In this document: positions 18,789 through 28,112 of the stretch, in pieces | How the letters are laid out: every line of letters starts with the position of its first letter | Numbering within the stretch: position 1 is the first letter of the stretch | Translations under genes and position numbers: made by a program | Assembly (NCBI GenBank): GCA_041691315.1 | Contig: JBEPUW010000010.1 | Span: 4,583-68,582 of the forward strand | Reading direction: 5' to 3' | DNA: 64,000 nucleotides | Origin: Caulobacteraceae bacterium | GTDB taxonomy: Bacteria; Pseudomonadota; Alphaproteobacteria; Caulobacterales; Caulobacteraceae | The notes under the pieces: model-generated | Seen by the model: only the letters and a program-made list of their open reading frames with translations | Databases searched by the model: none | Told to the model about the DNA's origin: nothing

Positions 18789-19675
18789 CTTGCGGCTTCG
18801 CTCGCAACGCGGACGGTCAGGAAGCCATTGATGAGGTGGGTCTGATCTTCGGTGAGTTGGACGATCCTACTCGAATCTCCGAGTTGGCTCATTTCCAGCG
18901 AGCCCTCATCCTCGAGATCGCGCAGCGCGACGCTGAGCATGGGAGACAGGCGCTGCGGGGCCGGCCGGCGCCCGATGCGCTCGCAAGCCTGCAGGAATAG
19001 ACGCCCCCTATCGAGATAGGGCAGCCGCATGGCGACGATCCCCATGAACTCCTGAGCGTCAAGCGTATTGCCCGCCGCACCGGCCCGGACGAGTTCCCGC
19101 CGCAAGCGGGTCGCTGGGGACGGTTGCGACTGTGGACTAAGCGGCGACGGAAGCGGTGTCGCCAATCCGAGAAACATCAGCCAACGACGCCACGCGACGA
19201 CCTTTTCCTTGTTGATCTTAACGCCGCCATCGTCGTCGAGCCCCAGCAGGCCTTCGACCGCAGCATTGGCGAAGGCGTCGGCGCTCATTTCGTTCATCCA
19301 CGCCATCGAACCGGCCTGGTCGCTGCGCGCAACCATCCAGGCGTAGGTCTCCAGGATGACACCATCCTTGTGATCGCCTTCAAGGCCGCAGAGGACGTCG
19401 TGCATCCAGTCTGCCATCTCGGCTTGGCTGAAACCGGCGGCCTTCACCTCCGTCGTTGCTGTCGCGCGATCAGCCTCCAGCCCTCCGAGGCTGGAAGCTG
19501 CCCCGATGACTTGGCGGATGTTGACGATCTTGACAGGGTCGAGGCCCGGCTTGAGGTAACCGGGGTTGAGGAGGCTCTCCAATTCGGCGCGCGGCTGCTC
19601 ACCAAACGTCGCAAGGCCGGCTAATGCTGACCAGACGCGCTCCGGCGACCCTTGCGTATTTGTCAAAAGGCTCAC
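18785..19675 (-). CDS. dpdG: DpdG-like protein
   Basis: 296 aa between the RecQ-like helicase and the ATPase; W..WL.FLGL, LPYLDRG and LS..LS.AL..L segments; mainly synteny. Confidence 0.6.
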   Translation of the reverse strand: MSLLTNTQGSPERVWSALAGLATFGEQPRAELESLLNPGYLKPGLDPVKIVNIRQVIGAASSLGGLEADRATATTEVKAAGFSQAEMADWMHDVLCGLEGDHKDGVILETYAWMVARSDQAGSMAWMNEMSADAFANAAVEGLLGLDDDGGVKINKEKVVAWRRWLMFLGLATPLPSPLSPQSQPSPATRLRRELVRAGAAGNTLDAQEFMGIVAMRLPYLDRGRLFLQACERIGRRPAPQRLSPMLSVALRDLEDEGSLEMSQLGDSSRIVQLTEDQTHLINGFLTVRVASEAAR

Positions 19676-22191
19676 GTCACCGCCCCCCTTTCGAGCGCAA
19701 GATCGTCCAGCATGGTTTCTGCAATTGGCGCCCGTTGGGATATCGTCTGATCCAGACGACGCCCGTCGAGCACTCGGTCAGGCCTGGCTACCACCACTAG
19801 AGATTGTTCCGGCCAGGCGCGAGAGAGAAGGTTGACCCTGACCAAGGTTCGAAGGGCGAGGCGGTCATCTGCCGGCAGGAGAAACGCGGTGGTGGTTCGA
19901 CCAAGGCCAACGACCGGCCCCTCCCACTCATCCAGCGTGAGGACGAACCCGTAGCGGCAAGTCGAGCCAGCAAGCGTCGATGTGATGCCAGCCCGCTCTG
20001 ACTTCGCCAGGACGAATTGCTCAACGCCGGCAGCGAGCAGTCTTTGCGCAAGACGGTCCAGTCCTGTCTCAAATTCACTGTCACGCGGGGCGAGTAGGGT
20101 GATGCCCGCCGGAAAGCTCGAGCGCGTGTCGCTGACCGGTTGGGACCATGCCGCGTCGAGCCCGCCGCAGGAAATTAGTGCTGGCGCCGGCAAGCCTCGC
20201 GCTCGACATGAGGGACAACGGCCGCAGGCGTCGGCCAGCGTTTGCCCGCCTTCGATCGCTTCGAAAACCGATCTTGTGAGACACTGGTCAAGGGGATGGC
20301 GCATGATTTCAACGAACGCGCCGAGCTCAGCTTCGCTGGCGCTACGTTCCCGATCTCGCACCGTCGCGACGTGGTCCCAAACCCCTGCGGTATTGCCGCC
20401 CATCAATCGGTCGTCGACAATCTCGACGACCCACTCGGCGCCAGCTGACGCGTCCTCTCCTCCTGTTGAAACGACTTCGAGCGATCCAGCGCGCTGCAAC
20501 AGCGTCAGCAAGGCGCGGTTCCAGCCCCGATTGTAGTCGCTGGAGCGATTGGCCAGGCCCTCACGTACCGCGTCAAGGTCGAGCGTAGCCTCTAAGCGCG
20601 GGCCCACCCAGCGCCTGCTGGAAGAGCCGGCCAGGAGCGCCTTCCAGCGTGCGGCCGCCTTTATTTTACCAAGCCAGCTTCTGGTCGATTGGCCGAAGGC
20701 GTTGCGAACATCGCTAATCTCCGGACCCCCGCGCGGGAAATCTGTGAACAGACACGCTGCCAGGGCTTGGTGGCCGTCGCGCCCCGCGCGGCCAATCTCC
20801 TGATACCAGCGTGTTGGCGTCTCAGGTAGGCAGGCATGGATCACGGAACGCACGTCAGCTTTGTCGACGCCCATGCCGAAGGCCGTTGTCGCGACGACGA
20901 CGTCGAGTTCGTCACGAGCCCAGTGCCCCAGAATCCTCCGACGCTCAGCGGGATCGGAAACCGCGCCGGTAAAGAGCGCTACCCGATGGTAGCCTCTCTG
21001 TTTTGTAAGGCGCTCGAAGAGCGCTCCAGCTTGCTCAACGAGCGTTGTGTAGACCACGAGGGGGCGGGGCGCCCGGTCGATGGCTTGGTCGAGGGCGTCG
21101 TCGCGGTCTCTCGTCCGACCGTAGCTTTTCACCGCGACATCGAATTCGTACCGCGGCGCGCGGGCATCCACTTCAAGCCACGGCGCATCTCCCGAAGCGT
21201 AGGCGCGACGAAGTTCGTCCTTTGCAGCGCGCGGCAGGGTCGCGGAAAGGAAGAGCGCCCTCAGGCTCGGATCAGCCTGCCGAAGGGCATCCAGCATGGC
21301 CGGTAGGCGCTGAAAATCTGGCCTGAAGCTGCGACCCCACTGCTCGATGATATGAGCTTCGTCGACCACGAAGGCGCATAGTCGCGCCCGAAGTTCGCTG
21401 GGCTTGCCTGCGGCCGGCTCGACCGCCTCGAGCGCTGCCAAGCGGACGTCGGCACTGAGGAGTTGTTCGGGCGAGAGGAAGAGGACGGGAATCTCGCCCC
21501 GACGAAAAGCGAAGAGGGCCGCCTCCCTCGCCGGCCCCTTCAGGTCGCCGGTCAACGCCAGGCTTCCCTCAAGGCCGGGCAAGCTTGCCAAGGTGCGTTC
21601 GTGATCGAGCGCCAATGCGACAGTTGGCGTTATGACGATCACGCAGGCCCCAGAGTCTTTGCGACGTCCTTCCAACGCTGCAAGCTGGAACAGCAGGCTC
21701 TTGCCGGAACCGGTCGGCATGCTGACCATCAAGCCCGCACCAGGTGGCATCGTCATCAAGGCTCGGACCGCGCTCTTCTGAGCCGCATTTCGATATTTGG
21801 CGTGGGGCGTCGAGCGAAGAAGCAAGGCGTCTGCGGACGCGGGTTGAAACACCTGACGCTCGTGGCTGTCGAGGGTGACGCTTGCAAGGAACCCCGGGAT
21901 CGTCCTGTCGAATTCGGCCACGGCTAACCGCAGCGTTTCCCTGTCGAGCGCCAGCCCGAACCGGGCGAGCAGGTCCACCTCTGCCGACTTCAGCGATATG
22001 TTTTCCGCGCGGAGATCGACCAATCCGTCGCTTAACCGAACGAGTGAGCGAAGCAAAGCCAGCCGGTCCGACCCGCTACTGGCGCTTCCCAGTGCGCGTC
22101 GACACCGATCGCGTCCGCGCTGGCGCCACGCCTCGGCTTCGCCACCGGCGGATCCGGCTTCGATATCCCCTGGAATCATTTCCATAAGCAC
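19672..22191 (-). CDS. dpdF: RecQ-like SF2 helicase, DpdF-like
   Basis: MPTGSGKS, VVDEAH...WGRSFRPDF, LSAT, ATTAFGMGVDK, YQEIGRAGRDG, C...CGRCPSC Zn site. Confidence 0.8.
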   Translation of the reverse strand: MLMEMIPGDIEAGSAGGEAEAWRQRGRDRCRRALGSASSGSDRLALLRSLVRLSDGLVDLRAENISLKSAEVDLLARFGLALDRETLRLAVAEFDRTIPGFLASVTLDSHERQVFQPASADALLLRSTPHAKYRNAAQKSAVRALMTMPPGAGLMVSMPTGSGKSLLFQLAALEGRRKDSGACVIVITPTVALALDHERTLASLPGLEGSLALTGDLKGPAREAALFAFRRGEIPVLFLSPEQLLSADVRLAALEAVEPAAGKPSELRARLCAFVVDEAHIIEQWGRSFRPDFQRLPAMLDALRQADPSLRALFLSATLPRAAKDELRRAYASGDAPWLEVDARAPRYEFDVAVKSYGRTRDRDDALDQAIDRAPRPLVVYTTLVEQAGALFERLTKQRGYHRVALFTGAVSDPAERRRILGHWARDELDVVVATTAFGMGVDKADVRSVIHACLPETPTRWYQEIGRAGRDGHQALAACLFTDFPRGGPEISDVRNAFGQSTRSWLGKIKAAARWKALLAGSSSRRWVGPRLEATLDLDAVREGLANRSSDYNRGWNRALLTLLQRAGSLEVVSTGGEDASAGAEWVVEIVDDRLMGGNTAGVWDHVATVRDRERSASEAELGAFVEIMRHPLDQCLTRSVFEAIEGGQTLADACGRCPSCRARGLPAPALISCGGLDAAWSQPVSDTRSSFPAGITLLAPRDSEFETGLDRLAQRLLAAGVEQFVLAKSERAGITSTLAGSTCRYGFVLTLDEWEGPVVGLGRTTTAFLLPADDRLALRTLVRVNLLSRAWPEQSLVVVARPDRVLDGRRLDQTISQRAPIAETMLDDLALERGAVT

Positions 22192-22292
22192 GCCCCAGGA
22201 TAGGTTAGATCACCGCGAACCAGGTTGGGGAACCGCCAATCCCACGCGGCCGCAGTATAGTGGCGTCAATCCTTTTAGCGCGGAGCCACCTT

Positions 22293-22902
22293 GTGTCCCC
22301 ATCGATCGCCGCCGCTCTGCCAGCTTTACAATCTAAGGCCCTACAAACTTTGACCTCTCGATCGCCCTGCCCCGTGGCGACCTACCGCGCCATTCGCCGA
22401 AGCGTTAGCGCAGGTGACCTCACGGCCGATGAGGCAGAGCCGTCCCGCCGCCGATTCAACGCCTACTATGGCGTTCGAAGGAACGCGGCGTGGCGATCCC
22501 AATTCTACGACCGGTTCGAAGCGGCCAAGGTCTCGGTGCTCAGCATCGAGGACCTCTTCGAAGAGACGCTCTTGGGGATTTACACCGACACTGGACGGGT
22601 CGAGGCATCATTTGCGAGCAAGCTCGTCGCGACGCTACGACCCGGGGCTCCGATTATCGACAGTGTTTTGCGCAAATGGCTTTTGCGGAGCAGTACGCCG
22701 CCGCCGTTTGGTGGCGGTGTCAGCGTGGCGGTGGCCTATTTTCGATGGCTTCACGACCAATTCGAAGCGACGGTGGCGACCGCGCCGGCGCGTGAGTGGA
22801 ACCGCGTCTTCGAGGCTCATTTTCCGGGGGGGGGGCGGCGAGGAGCCTGTCTCGCCGGTAAAGCAGCTCGATTTCCTAATCTGGGCCGGCGCGGACCGTT
22901 AG
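22293..22902 (+). pseudogene. Conserved-looking hypothetical protein (possible HhH/glycosylase-like fold) interrupted by a G10 tract
   Basis: RFNAYYGVRR...GRVEASFASKLVAT...PIIDS reads up to G10 at 22826-22835; with G9 it continues [20 protein letters not shown] to 22902. Confidence 0.6.
22826..22835 (+). repeat. G10 homopolymer tract inside a coding region
   Basis: tttcc-GGGGGGGGGG-cggcg seen directly. Confidence 0.9.
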
Positions 22903-23603
22903 GAGGCGGTCGCGACCCAAGCCGTGTAGCCGCCGGCGCGTAGCTCGCAAGCCGGGCAGGTTCCGCAGCCAAATCCCCAGGGATGGCGGTGGGATCGGTC
23001 GCCTTGGTAACAGGTGTGGGAATGCTCGATGATAAGATCCACGAGCCCCTGACCGCCCAGCGCCTCGGCGAGCGCCCAGGTCTGGGCCTTGTCGATCCAC
23101 ATCAGCGGAGTGTCGATGACGAAGCGCTTTTCCATGCCGAGGTTGAGGGCCACCTGAAGAGCCTTGACGGTGTCGTCGCGGCAGTCGGGGTAGCCCGAAA
23201 AGTCAGTTTCGCAGACCCCTGTGACCAGGTGTTTGATCTCGCGCCTGTACGCGACCGCGCCGGCGTAGGTCAGGAAAAGTAGGTTTCGCCCAGGGACGAA
23301 CGTGTTCGGCAGTCCGCTTTCCGCGAAGGCGATGGCCGCGCCTGTCGTCAGTGCTGTATCGCTGATAGCGCCAAGCGACGTGAGGTCGAGCACGTGATCC
23401 TCTCCCAGCTTTGCGGCCCACGGCGCCGAAAGTGCTCGCACCTTCTCGAGGAACCTCAACCTGACTTCGAGTTCAACGCGATGGCGCTGGCCATAGTCGA
23501 ACCCGATGGTCTCAACCCGGTCAAACCGTTCAAGGGCCCAGGTCAGGCAAGTGGCCGAGTCTTGGCCCCCCGAGAAAAGGACAAGAGCTGAAGTACCGGT
23601 CAT
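22899..23603 (-). CDS. queC: 7-cyano-7-deazaguanine synthase QueC
   Basis: SGGQDS, YGQRH, FVPGRN, GYPDCR, TCY...CGTCPAC. Confidence 0.96.
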   Translation of the reverse strand: MTGTSALVLFSGGQDSATCLTWALERFDRVETIGFDYGQRHRVELEVRLRFLEKVRALSAPWAAKLGEDHVLDLTSLGAISDTALTTGAAIAFAESGLPNTFVPGRNLLFLTYAGAVAYRREIKHLVTGVCETDFSGYPDCRDDTVKALQVALNLGMEKRFVIDTPLMWIDKAQTWALAEALGGQGLVDLIIEHSHTCYQGDRSHRHPWGFGCGTCPACELRAGGYTAWVATAS

Positions 23604-23974
23604 CACGCTGCCTCCGCGCCGTAGTAGCTGCACGCGCCGTTGTCACTGTCCCGGCGCACGGTCACCCGCCACAGGTTCGGACAGACCGGCATGAGTTTCC
23701 GCCAGATCCACGAGGAGAGATTTTCCATCGTCGCCGGACCGAGATCGTTGATCTCATCAAGAAACCGATGGTCGAGCCCGTCGCGCGCCTCGTCTAACGC
23801 GCGGTCGAGGAGCCCGAGATCGACAACCATTCCCGTCACGGAGTCGGCCCTGCCGCGCACCACGACTTCGGCGCGATAAGAGTGGCCATGTATCCGTCGG
23901 CTGGGGTCGGCATCGACACTGCGCTCCAGGGTATGGGCCGCGTCGAACCGAAATTCCTTGCTCAGTTCGTGCAT
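23603..23974 (-). CDS. queD: 6-carboxytetrahydropterin synthase QueD
   Basis: FRFDAAH, IHGHSY, LDHRFL, ATMEN; ATG at 23974. Confidence 0.92.
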   Translation of the reverse strand: MHELSKEFRFDAAHTLERSVDADPSRRIHGHSYRAEVVVRGRADSVTGMVVDLGLLDRALDEARDGLDHRFLDEINDLGPATMENLSSWIWRKLMPVCPNLWRVTVRRDSDNGACSYYGAEAA

Positions 23975-24606
23975 CAGCGAATGCCCATGAATTTGTGCGT
24001 CTGCAGAGACAGGCGCCACTGGGGATGTTCCAGGCAGTAAGCGATCGCTGCCTGGGTGTTGGCTTCGAGGTCCGGTCCGTCCATTGGCTGCAGAAGGTGA
24101 TGGCCGAAGGCGAGCCCTTCGAATTGGCCGGGATCGACGCCTTCTTGCGGGAAGACCAGTTTGAGTTCGTGTCCTGAAGTCTGGGTCAGTTTGGTGGAGC
24201 CCTTGGGGCTCACGGTGACCCAATCGATTGTTGGCGGCGCGCTCAGGGTGCCGTTTGTTTCGAGGGCGATCTCGAAATCGCGAGCGTGGAGGGCGGTGAT
24301 GAGCTGCTCATCGACCTGCAGGAGCGGTTCTCCGCCCGTGAGCACCGCGAAGCGCTGGCCGCCGGCGCCTCGCCAGCTCGTGGATATCGCGTCGCTGAGC
24401 GCCTCTGCGGTCGTAAAGCGACCTCCGCCATCGCCGTCGACGCCAACGAAATCTGTGTCGCAGAAACGGCAGTCCGCAGTCGACCGGTCGCGCTCCCTTC
24501 CGCTCCACAGGTTACATCCGGCAAACCGGCAGAAGACGGCGGGTCGACCCGCGTGGCGGCCTTCTCCCTGAAGCGAATAGAACATCTCTTTGACGGCGTA
24601 GGTCAC
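23974..24606 (-). CDS. queE: 7-carboxy-7-deazaguanine synthase QueE (radical SAM)
   Basis: EMFYSLQGEG, CNLW...CRFCDTDF (long-spaced Cys motif), TGGEP, ETNG, LQTHK. Confidence 0.95.
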   Translation of the reverse strand: MTYAVKEMFYSLQGEGRHAGRPAVFCRFAGCNLWSGRERDRSTADCRFCDTDFVGVDGDGGGRFTTAEALSDAISTSWRGAGGQRFAVLTGGEPLLQVDEQLITALHARDFEIALETNGTLSAPPTIDWVTVSPKGSTKLTQTSGHELKLVFPQEGVDPGQFEGLAFGHHLLQPMDGPDLEANTQAAIAYCLEHPQWRLSLQTHKFMGIR

Positions 24607-24607
24607 G

Positions 24608-25693
24608 TCAAGCGGCCCTCGCTTGGGCGGCCAACGCGGTCTTGATGACTTGGAGAAGATAGAACGTCAGTTGACGGACATCTGCCGGCACGTTCTGAAG
24701 TCCATTCCAGCGTCGGCGCTCGGACCCGAAGTCCCATTCGCCCTCCGACCAGGCTGTCTTGCCTTTCAGGAGCCGCAGGCCCTTGGCGAATTCATCGCGG
24801 GTTTCGGCGCCGATTACACCATTGAGATAGTCCATGACATAGCCCAGCGCGACGATGCCGGTCCCATGGATCAGCCGGGAGTCCTTCGGGGTCTTGTTGT
24901 CCCAATCGGTGGCGAAAACCGTTCTTACAGCGTGCCAATATTCGCTGATCAGGCTGACCCCCTTGTCGAGCAGCAGGGCGTCATCGCCGGCGTAGAGCCG
25001 CAATGCGCCGTCGCTGAGCGAGTTCATGATCACACGCTGCAGAACGGTGTCGCGGATCACGCCCTTCGGGTTGGTCTGCTGCTTGATCAGCGCCTTCAGG
25101 GCCGAGCCAGTCCGATAGTTCAACGCTTCGGTCAGCAACGCGGCCTGGGAGCGGTTGGACATCCTGGGCGGCAGATCACCAACCTGGGGCAGGAGCTCAT
25201 AAACCAGCGCCTTGGGGAGCGGCCGGGTGTTGTTGATCAGGATGAACTGCCTTTGCAATTCCTCCTCGGTCTCGCAAAGGAAGCCCGACACCAGGACTTC
25301 AAAGTCGCGGCCGTGCAAGCCGGCGAGGGCTGTGAACCTCTGCTGACCGTCGACGATCCACCCAGGAGGGCCATCAGTCACGTCGATAACGAGCCGGCGC
25401 GAGGGCGCGCCGGGTCGGGCAGGGGGCTCGAGATGCGCCTTGCCCAGGAACGCAACGACAATGGGATTTGGGAGGATGGCGCTCGGCTTTTCCAGATAGT
25501 CTCGGATCTCGCGGATGTGGGCCGCGATCTGAGGGCGTTGGAAACCGGTCAGCATGCCGCCGCCATCGCGGCCAGCGCGTTCGATGCGGGCGATCTGCGA
25601 GATGTCGGCCGCCTTCGCGACGAACGAGAACACCGTCATGTCGGGGTTTTGGACCGGCGTCAGGGCATTGAAGTAGAGAAGTGACTTGCTCAT
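24608..25693 (-). CDS. dpdB: DGQHR-family (DndB/DpdB-like) protein
   Basis: GFQR, LPNPIVV, WIVDGQQR, QFILINN; immediately downstream of dpdA. Confidence 0.75.
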   Translation of the reverse strand: MSKSLLYFNALTPVQNPDMTVFSFVAKAADISQIARIERAGRDGGGMLTGFQRPQIAAHIREIRDYLEKPSAILPNPIVVAFLGKAHLEPPARPGAPSRRLVIDVTDGPPGWIVDGQQRFTALAGLHGRDFEVLVSGFLCETEEELQRQFILINNTRPLPKALVYELLPQVGDLPPRMSNRSQAALLTEALNYRTGSALKALIKQQTNPKGVIRDTVLQRVIMNSLSDGALRLYAGDDALLLDKGVSLISEYWHAVRTVFATDWDNKTPKDSRLIHGTGIVALGYVMDYLNGVIGAETRDEFAKGLRLLKGKTAWSEGEWDFGSERRRWNGLQNVPADVRQLTFYLLQVIKTALAAQARAA

Positions 25694-26973
25694 GGCTGCC
25701 GGAATTCGCTGAGGTGGGTGTGAAAGACGTGGAGATTATGGATTCCGCGACGCTTGTTGCGGTTCGAGGTGCGGAAGATCAGCGCCTCGACGCCGGCCTC
25801 GCGGCAGACCCTGCAGCCACAGTGTTCCCAAGGCCGATCCGTCAATGTGCTGGCGTAGACCTTGCGCTGCCTGGCGGCGGCATCGGCGCGGCGGCTGGGC
25901 GAGACTTCCTCGTCCCAATTGAGCGCGGCCCAGTAATCCATCACCGCGTCCAGCCCTTGATCGAGGGATAGGTTGCCGGCGGCGTAGGCGCGAACGCCGT
26001 TCAATGCCGCGTCCTCAAGCAGGCGCACGTCTTCCTGGTTGAGGCTGCCCTCAAGCGCCTTCTGCTTTAGTTTGTTGTTCTCAGTCGCTTGGGGGATGCG
26101 GATCGCGGTGTAGTAGGAGAGGTCGCCGTCTGGGGTCCGCATCCAGTAGTTTTTCTTCGCGTCCTTGAAAGCACGCAGGAGAGGGGAGGTGGTATCGAAG
26201 CTGGTGACGCCGAACTCCTCTAGGGACGCCAACTCCTCGATCTTTCCAAAGCCGAGCAGATGCAGACGAACCCGGGCCGGTAGGGCGTCACGTAACGCGG
26301 CCAAAACGCGCCGGATCTGGTCGATCTTCAACGGCACCGTGCCGCCGATCGCGAGATAGTCGTAGCCCATGTCCGCGAGACTTTGTGCAGCCTGCGCCAT
26401 GCTGGCGCCTGACCAACCTTGGATCACCCCCATCGGCGTGAAGCCGCCGCCAAGCCGTCCGCCGGCGTGATAGAACTCCGCGGCATTTTGAAGGGTGATC
26501 TCGTAGCGTTTGCGGACATCATCTGGGACGTCGGCTAGAGAGCGATCGACGCCAGGCTCGTCAAAATCGAAGATCAGGTGGTCGGGCGAGCAGCCGTGCG
26601 TGAACCCGCCGTCCGCGTAGAATTCCGCGGTGTCGTCGGCGCTGTAGGGTGGCTCGGGCAGGTTGCGATAGGTGAAGGCGCCGCAATCTCCCATCATCAT
26701 GCTGTCGGGAAAGCGACTTTCCGGATACCGCAGGAACCGGCGCGCGCCCTCCCTGCGAAAGCGCATCAATTGGGCTTCGGAGTATTTTCCGGGGTGACGG
26801 GCGTCGCCCACGATGCCGCGGGAAACAAGAATGCCGTCATAGGGAGCGTCGTCGAGAAACTCGTGGGGATATTGATCGTCTCGATGGATGGTCCGGCCGA
26901 CCCCGTTCCGGTCGGCCAGGAAATCATAGGCCGGGTCGATCGTGTCGAGGCTGTCGGCGAAGATGAACCGCAT
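25690..26973 (-). CDS. dpdA: DNA 7-deazaguanine transglycosylase DpdA (TGT paralog)
   Basis: GDCGAF, GVIQG, AIGG, HLLG, SFD (catalytic Asp position) and C-terminal CGCRVC...HN Zn site; clustered with queCDE. Confidence 0.9.
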   Translation of the reverse strand: MRFIFADSLDTIDPAYDFLADRNGVGRTIHRDDQYPHEFLDDAPYDGILVSRGIVGDARHPGKYSEAQLMRFRREGARRFLRYPESRFPDSMMMGDCGAFTYRNLPEPPYSADDTAEFYADGGFTHGCSPDHLIFDFDEPGVDRSLADVPDDVRKRYEITLQNAAEFYHAGGRLGGGFTPMGVIQGWSGASMAQAAQSLADMGYDYLAIGGTVPLKIDQIRRVLAALRDALPARVRLHLLGFGKIEELASLEEFGVTSFDTTSPLLRAFKDAKKNYWMRTPDGDLSYYTAIRIPQATENNKLKQKALEGSLNQEDVRLLEDAALNGVRAYAAGNLSLDQGLDAVMDYWAALNWDEEVSPSRRADAAARQRKVYASTLTDRPWEHCGCRVCREAGVEALIFRTSNRNKRRGIHNLHVFHTHLSEFRQP

Positions 26974-28112
26974 CACGCCACCTTCGCGAAGGCGTACTGG
27001 CGATCCAGACGGGCCAGGTGGTTGGAGAGCAGCTTGATGTCACGCGGAAGGTTTTGAATTTCGTTCCAGTCCCGCTGAAGTTCAGCCCATCGGCCGGACG
27101 TCCAACGGCAGTGCGGCGCGATCCGGCTGAGCGCGTCGTAGGCGTGAGCATGGAGGTCTGCTCCCGGCGCAGCACGCGACATGATCCTATCCATCAGGAG
27201 ACTCATCGCCTCGATGCCCGCCGAGTGCATGAGGCGGCTCTCGGTGGCCGGCAGGCCCCACGCCTCGGGGAAAGCCGACTTCGCGGCGCCCCAGTAGCCG
27301 ACGAGCATGCGATACATTCCGTCTACGTCGGCCTGCACGTCCCCGTGCGCCTTAAGGGGAGCGAGGGCACCAAGTGTCCCGCCGATGCTGAGACGGATCG
27401 CCTTGATGAGCGCTGAGTCGATCACGACAGCGCTCGCCTGCTCCTCCGACACTCGACGTATGAGTCCGCGGAAAGGCGAATCTGATGACGACTGCAGCCT
27501 GTGCACGAGAAGGCTCGGAATTTTTCGCGCTGTCAGGTCACGCGGGAACAGCGCGTCGACCTCAGGCAGGAGTTCGTTGATTAGCCTGGGGTCGAGCGGC
27601 TTGGCCTTGTTGACCAGGATGAACTGCTCGCGATGGACCGCGAGTTCCTCTGAGACAAACGCCACGACAGGAACGGGGAAGGTCTTGTCCTTAGCCTGCG
27701 ACAAGGCAATGGACCGCTGCTGACCATCGACAATCCAAGCTGCGCGCGAGCCGTCGAGGGGCAGGGGAATCCTTAGGGTGCCAGCCTCCGAAACGCGAAG
27801 GTCGCCATCAGGCCGCTCGCCGCGAGCAGCTGTAAACCGCGCGCGGGGTGAGATCGCCAAGATGATCGAGTTGGGAAACAGAACCGGTCCCTGATCCAGG
27901 AAGTCTGTGATCGATTGGACGTGGCTCTTGATGCCTTTTCGTTGGAAGCCTTGCAGCGACCCTTCAGCGTCTCGATGCACCCTGGAGATTTCGGCGATCT
28001 TGAGCAGGTCCGCGCCGGCGACGAAGAAGGCGTATATCGCCTTGTCCGCTTGAGTGGTGCGGACCGCTCGGACAGCAAGCACCGGCTCGGATGTCTTTCG
28101 AGGGCGCGTCAT
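26973..28112 (-). CDS. Second DGQHR-family (DpdB-like) protein
   Basis: GFQR, FPNSIIL, WIVDGQQR, QFILVNK; paralogous in motifs to 24608..25693. Confidence 0.75.
   Translation of the reverse strand: MTRPRKTSEPVLAVRAVRTTQADKAIYAFFVAGADLLKIAEISRVHRDAEGSLQGFQRKGIKSHVQSITDFLDQGPVLFPNSIILAISPRARFTAARGERPDGDLRVSEAGTLRIPLPLDGSRAAWIVDGQQRSIALSQAKDKTFPVPVVAFVSEELAVHREQFILVNKAKPLDPRLINELLPEVDALFPRDLTARKIPSLLVHRLQSSSDSPFRGLIRRVSEEQASAVVIDSALIKAIRLSIGGTLGALAPLKAHGDVQADVDGMYRMLVGYWGAAKSAFPEAWGLPATESRLMHSAGIEAMSLLMDRIMSRAAPGADLHAHAYDALSRIAPHCRWTSGRWAELQRDWNEIQNLPRDIKLLSNHLARLDRQYAFAKVA

Noticed and set aside
25690-26973. Housekeeping tRNA-guanine transglycosylase (tgt) for queuosine
   Set aside because: Divergent N-terminus and linkage to DGQHR, YaaA-like and helicase genes indicate the DNA-modifying paralog DpdA; no queA/queF present
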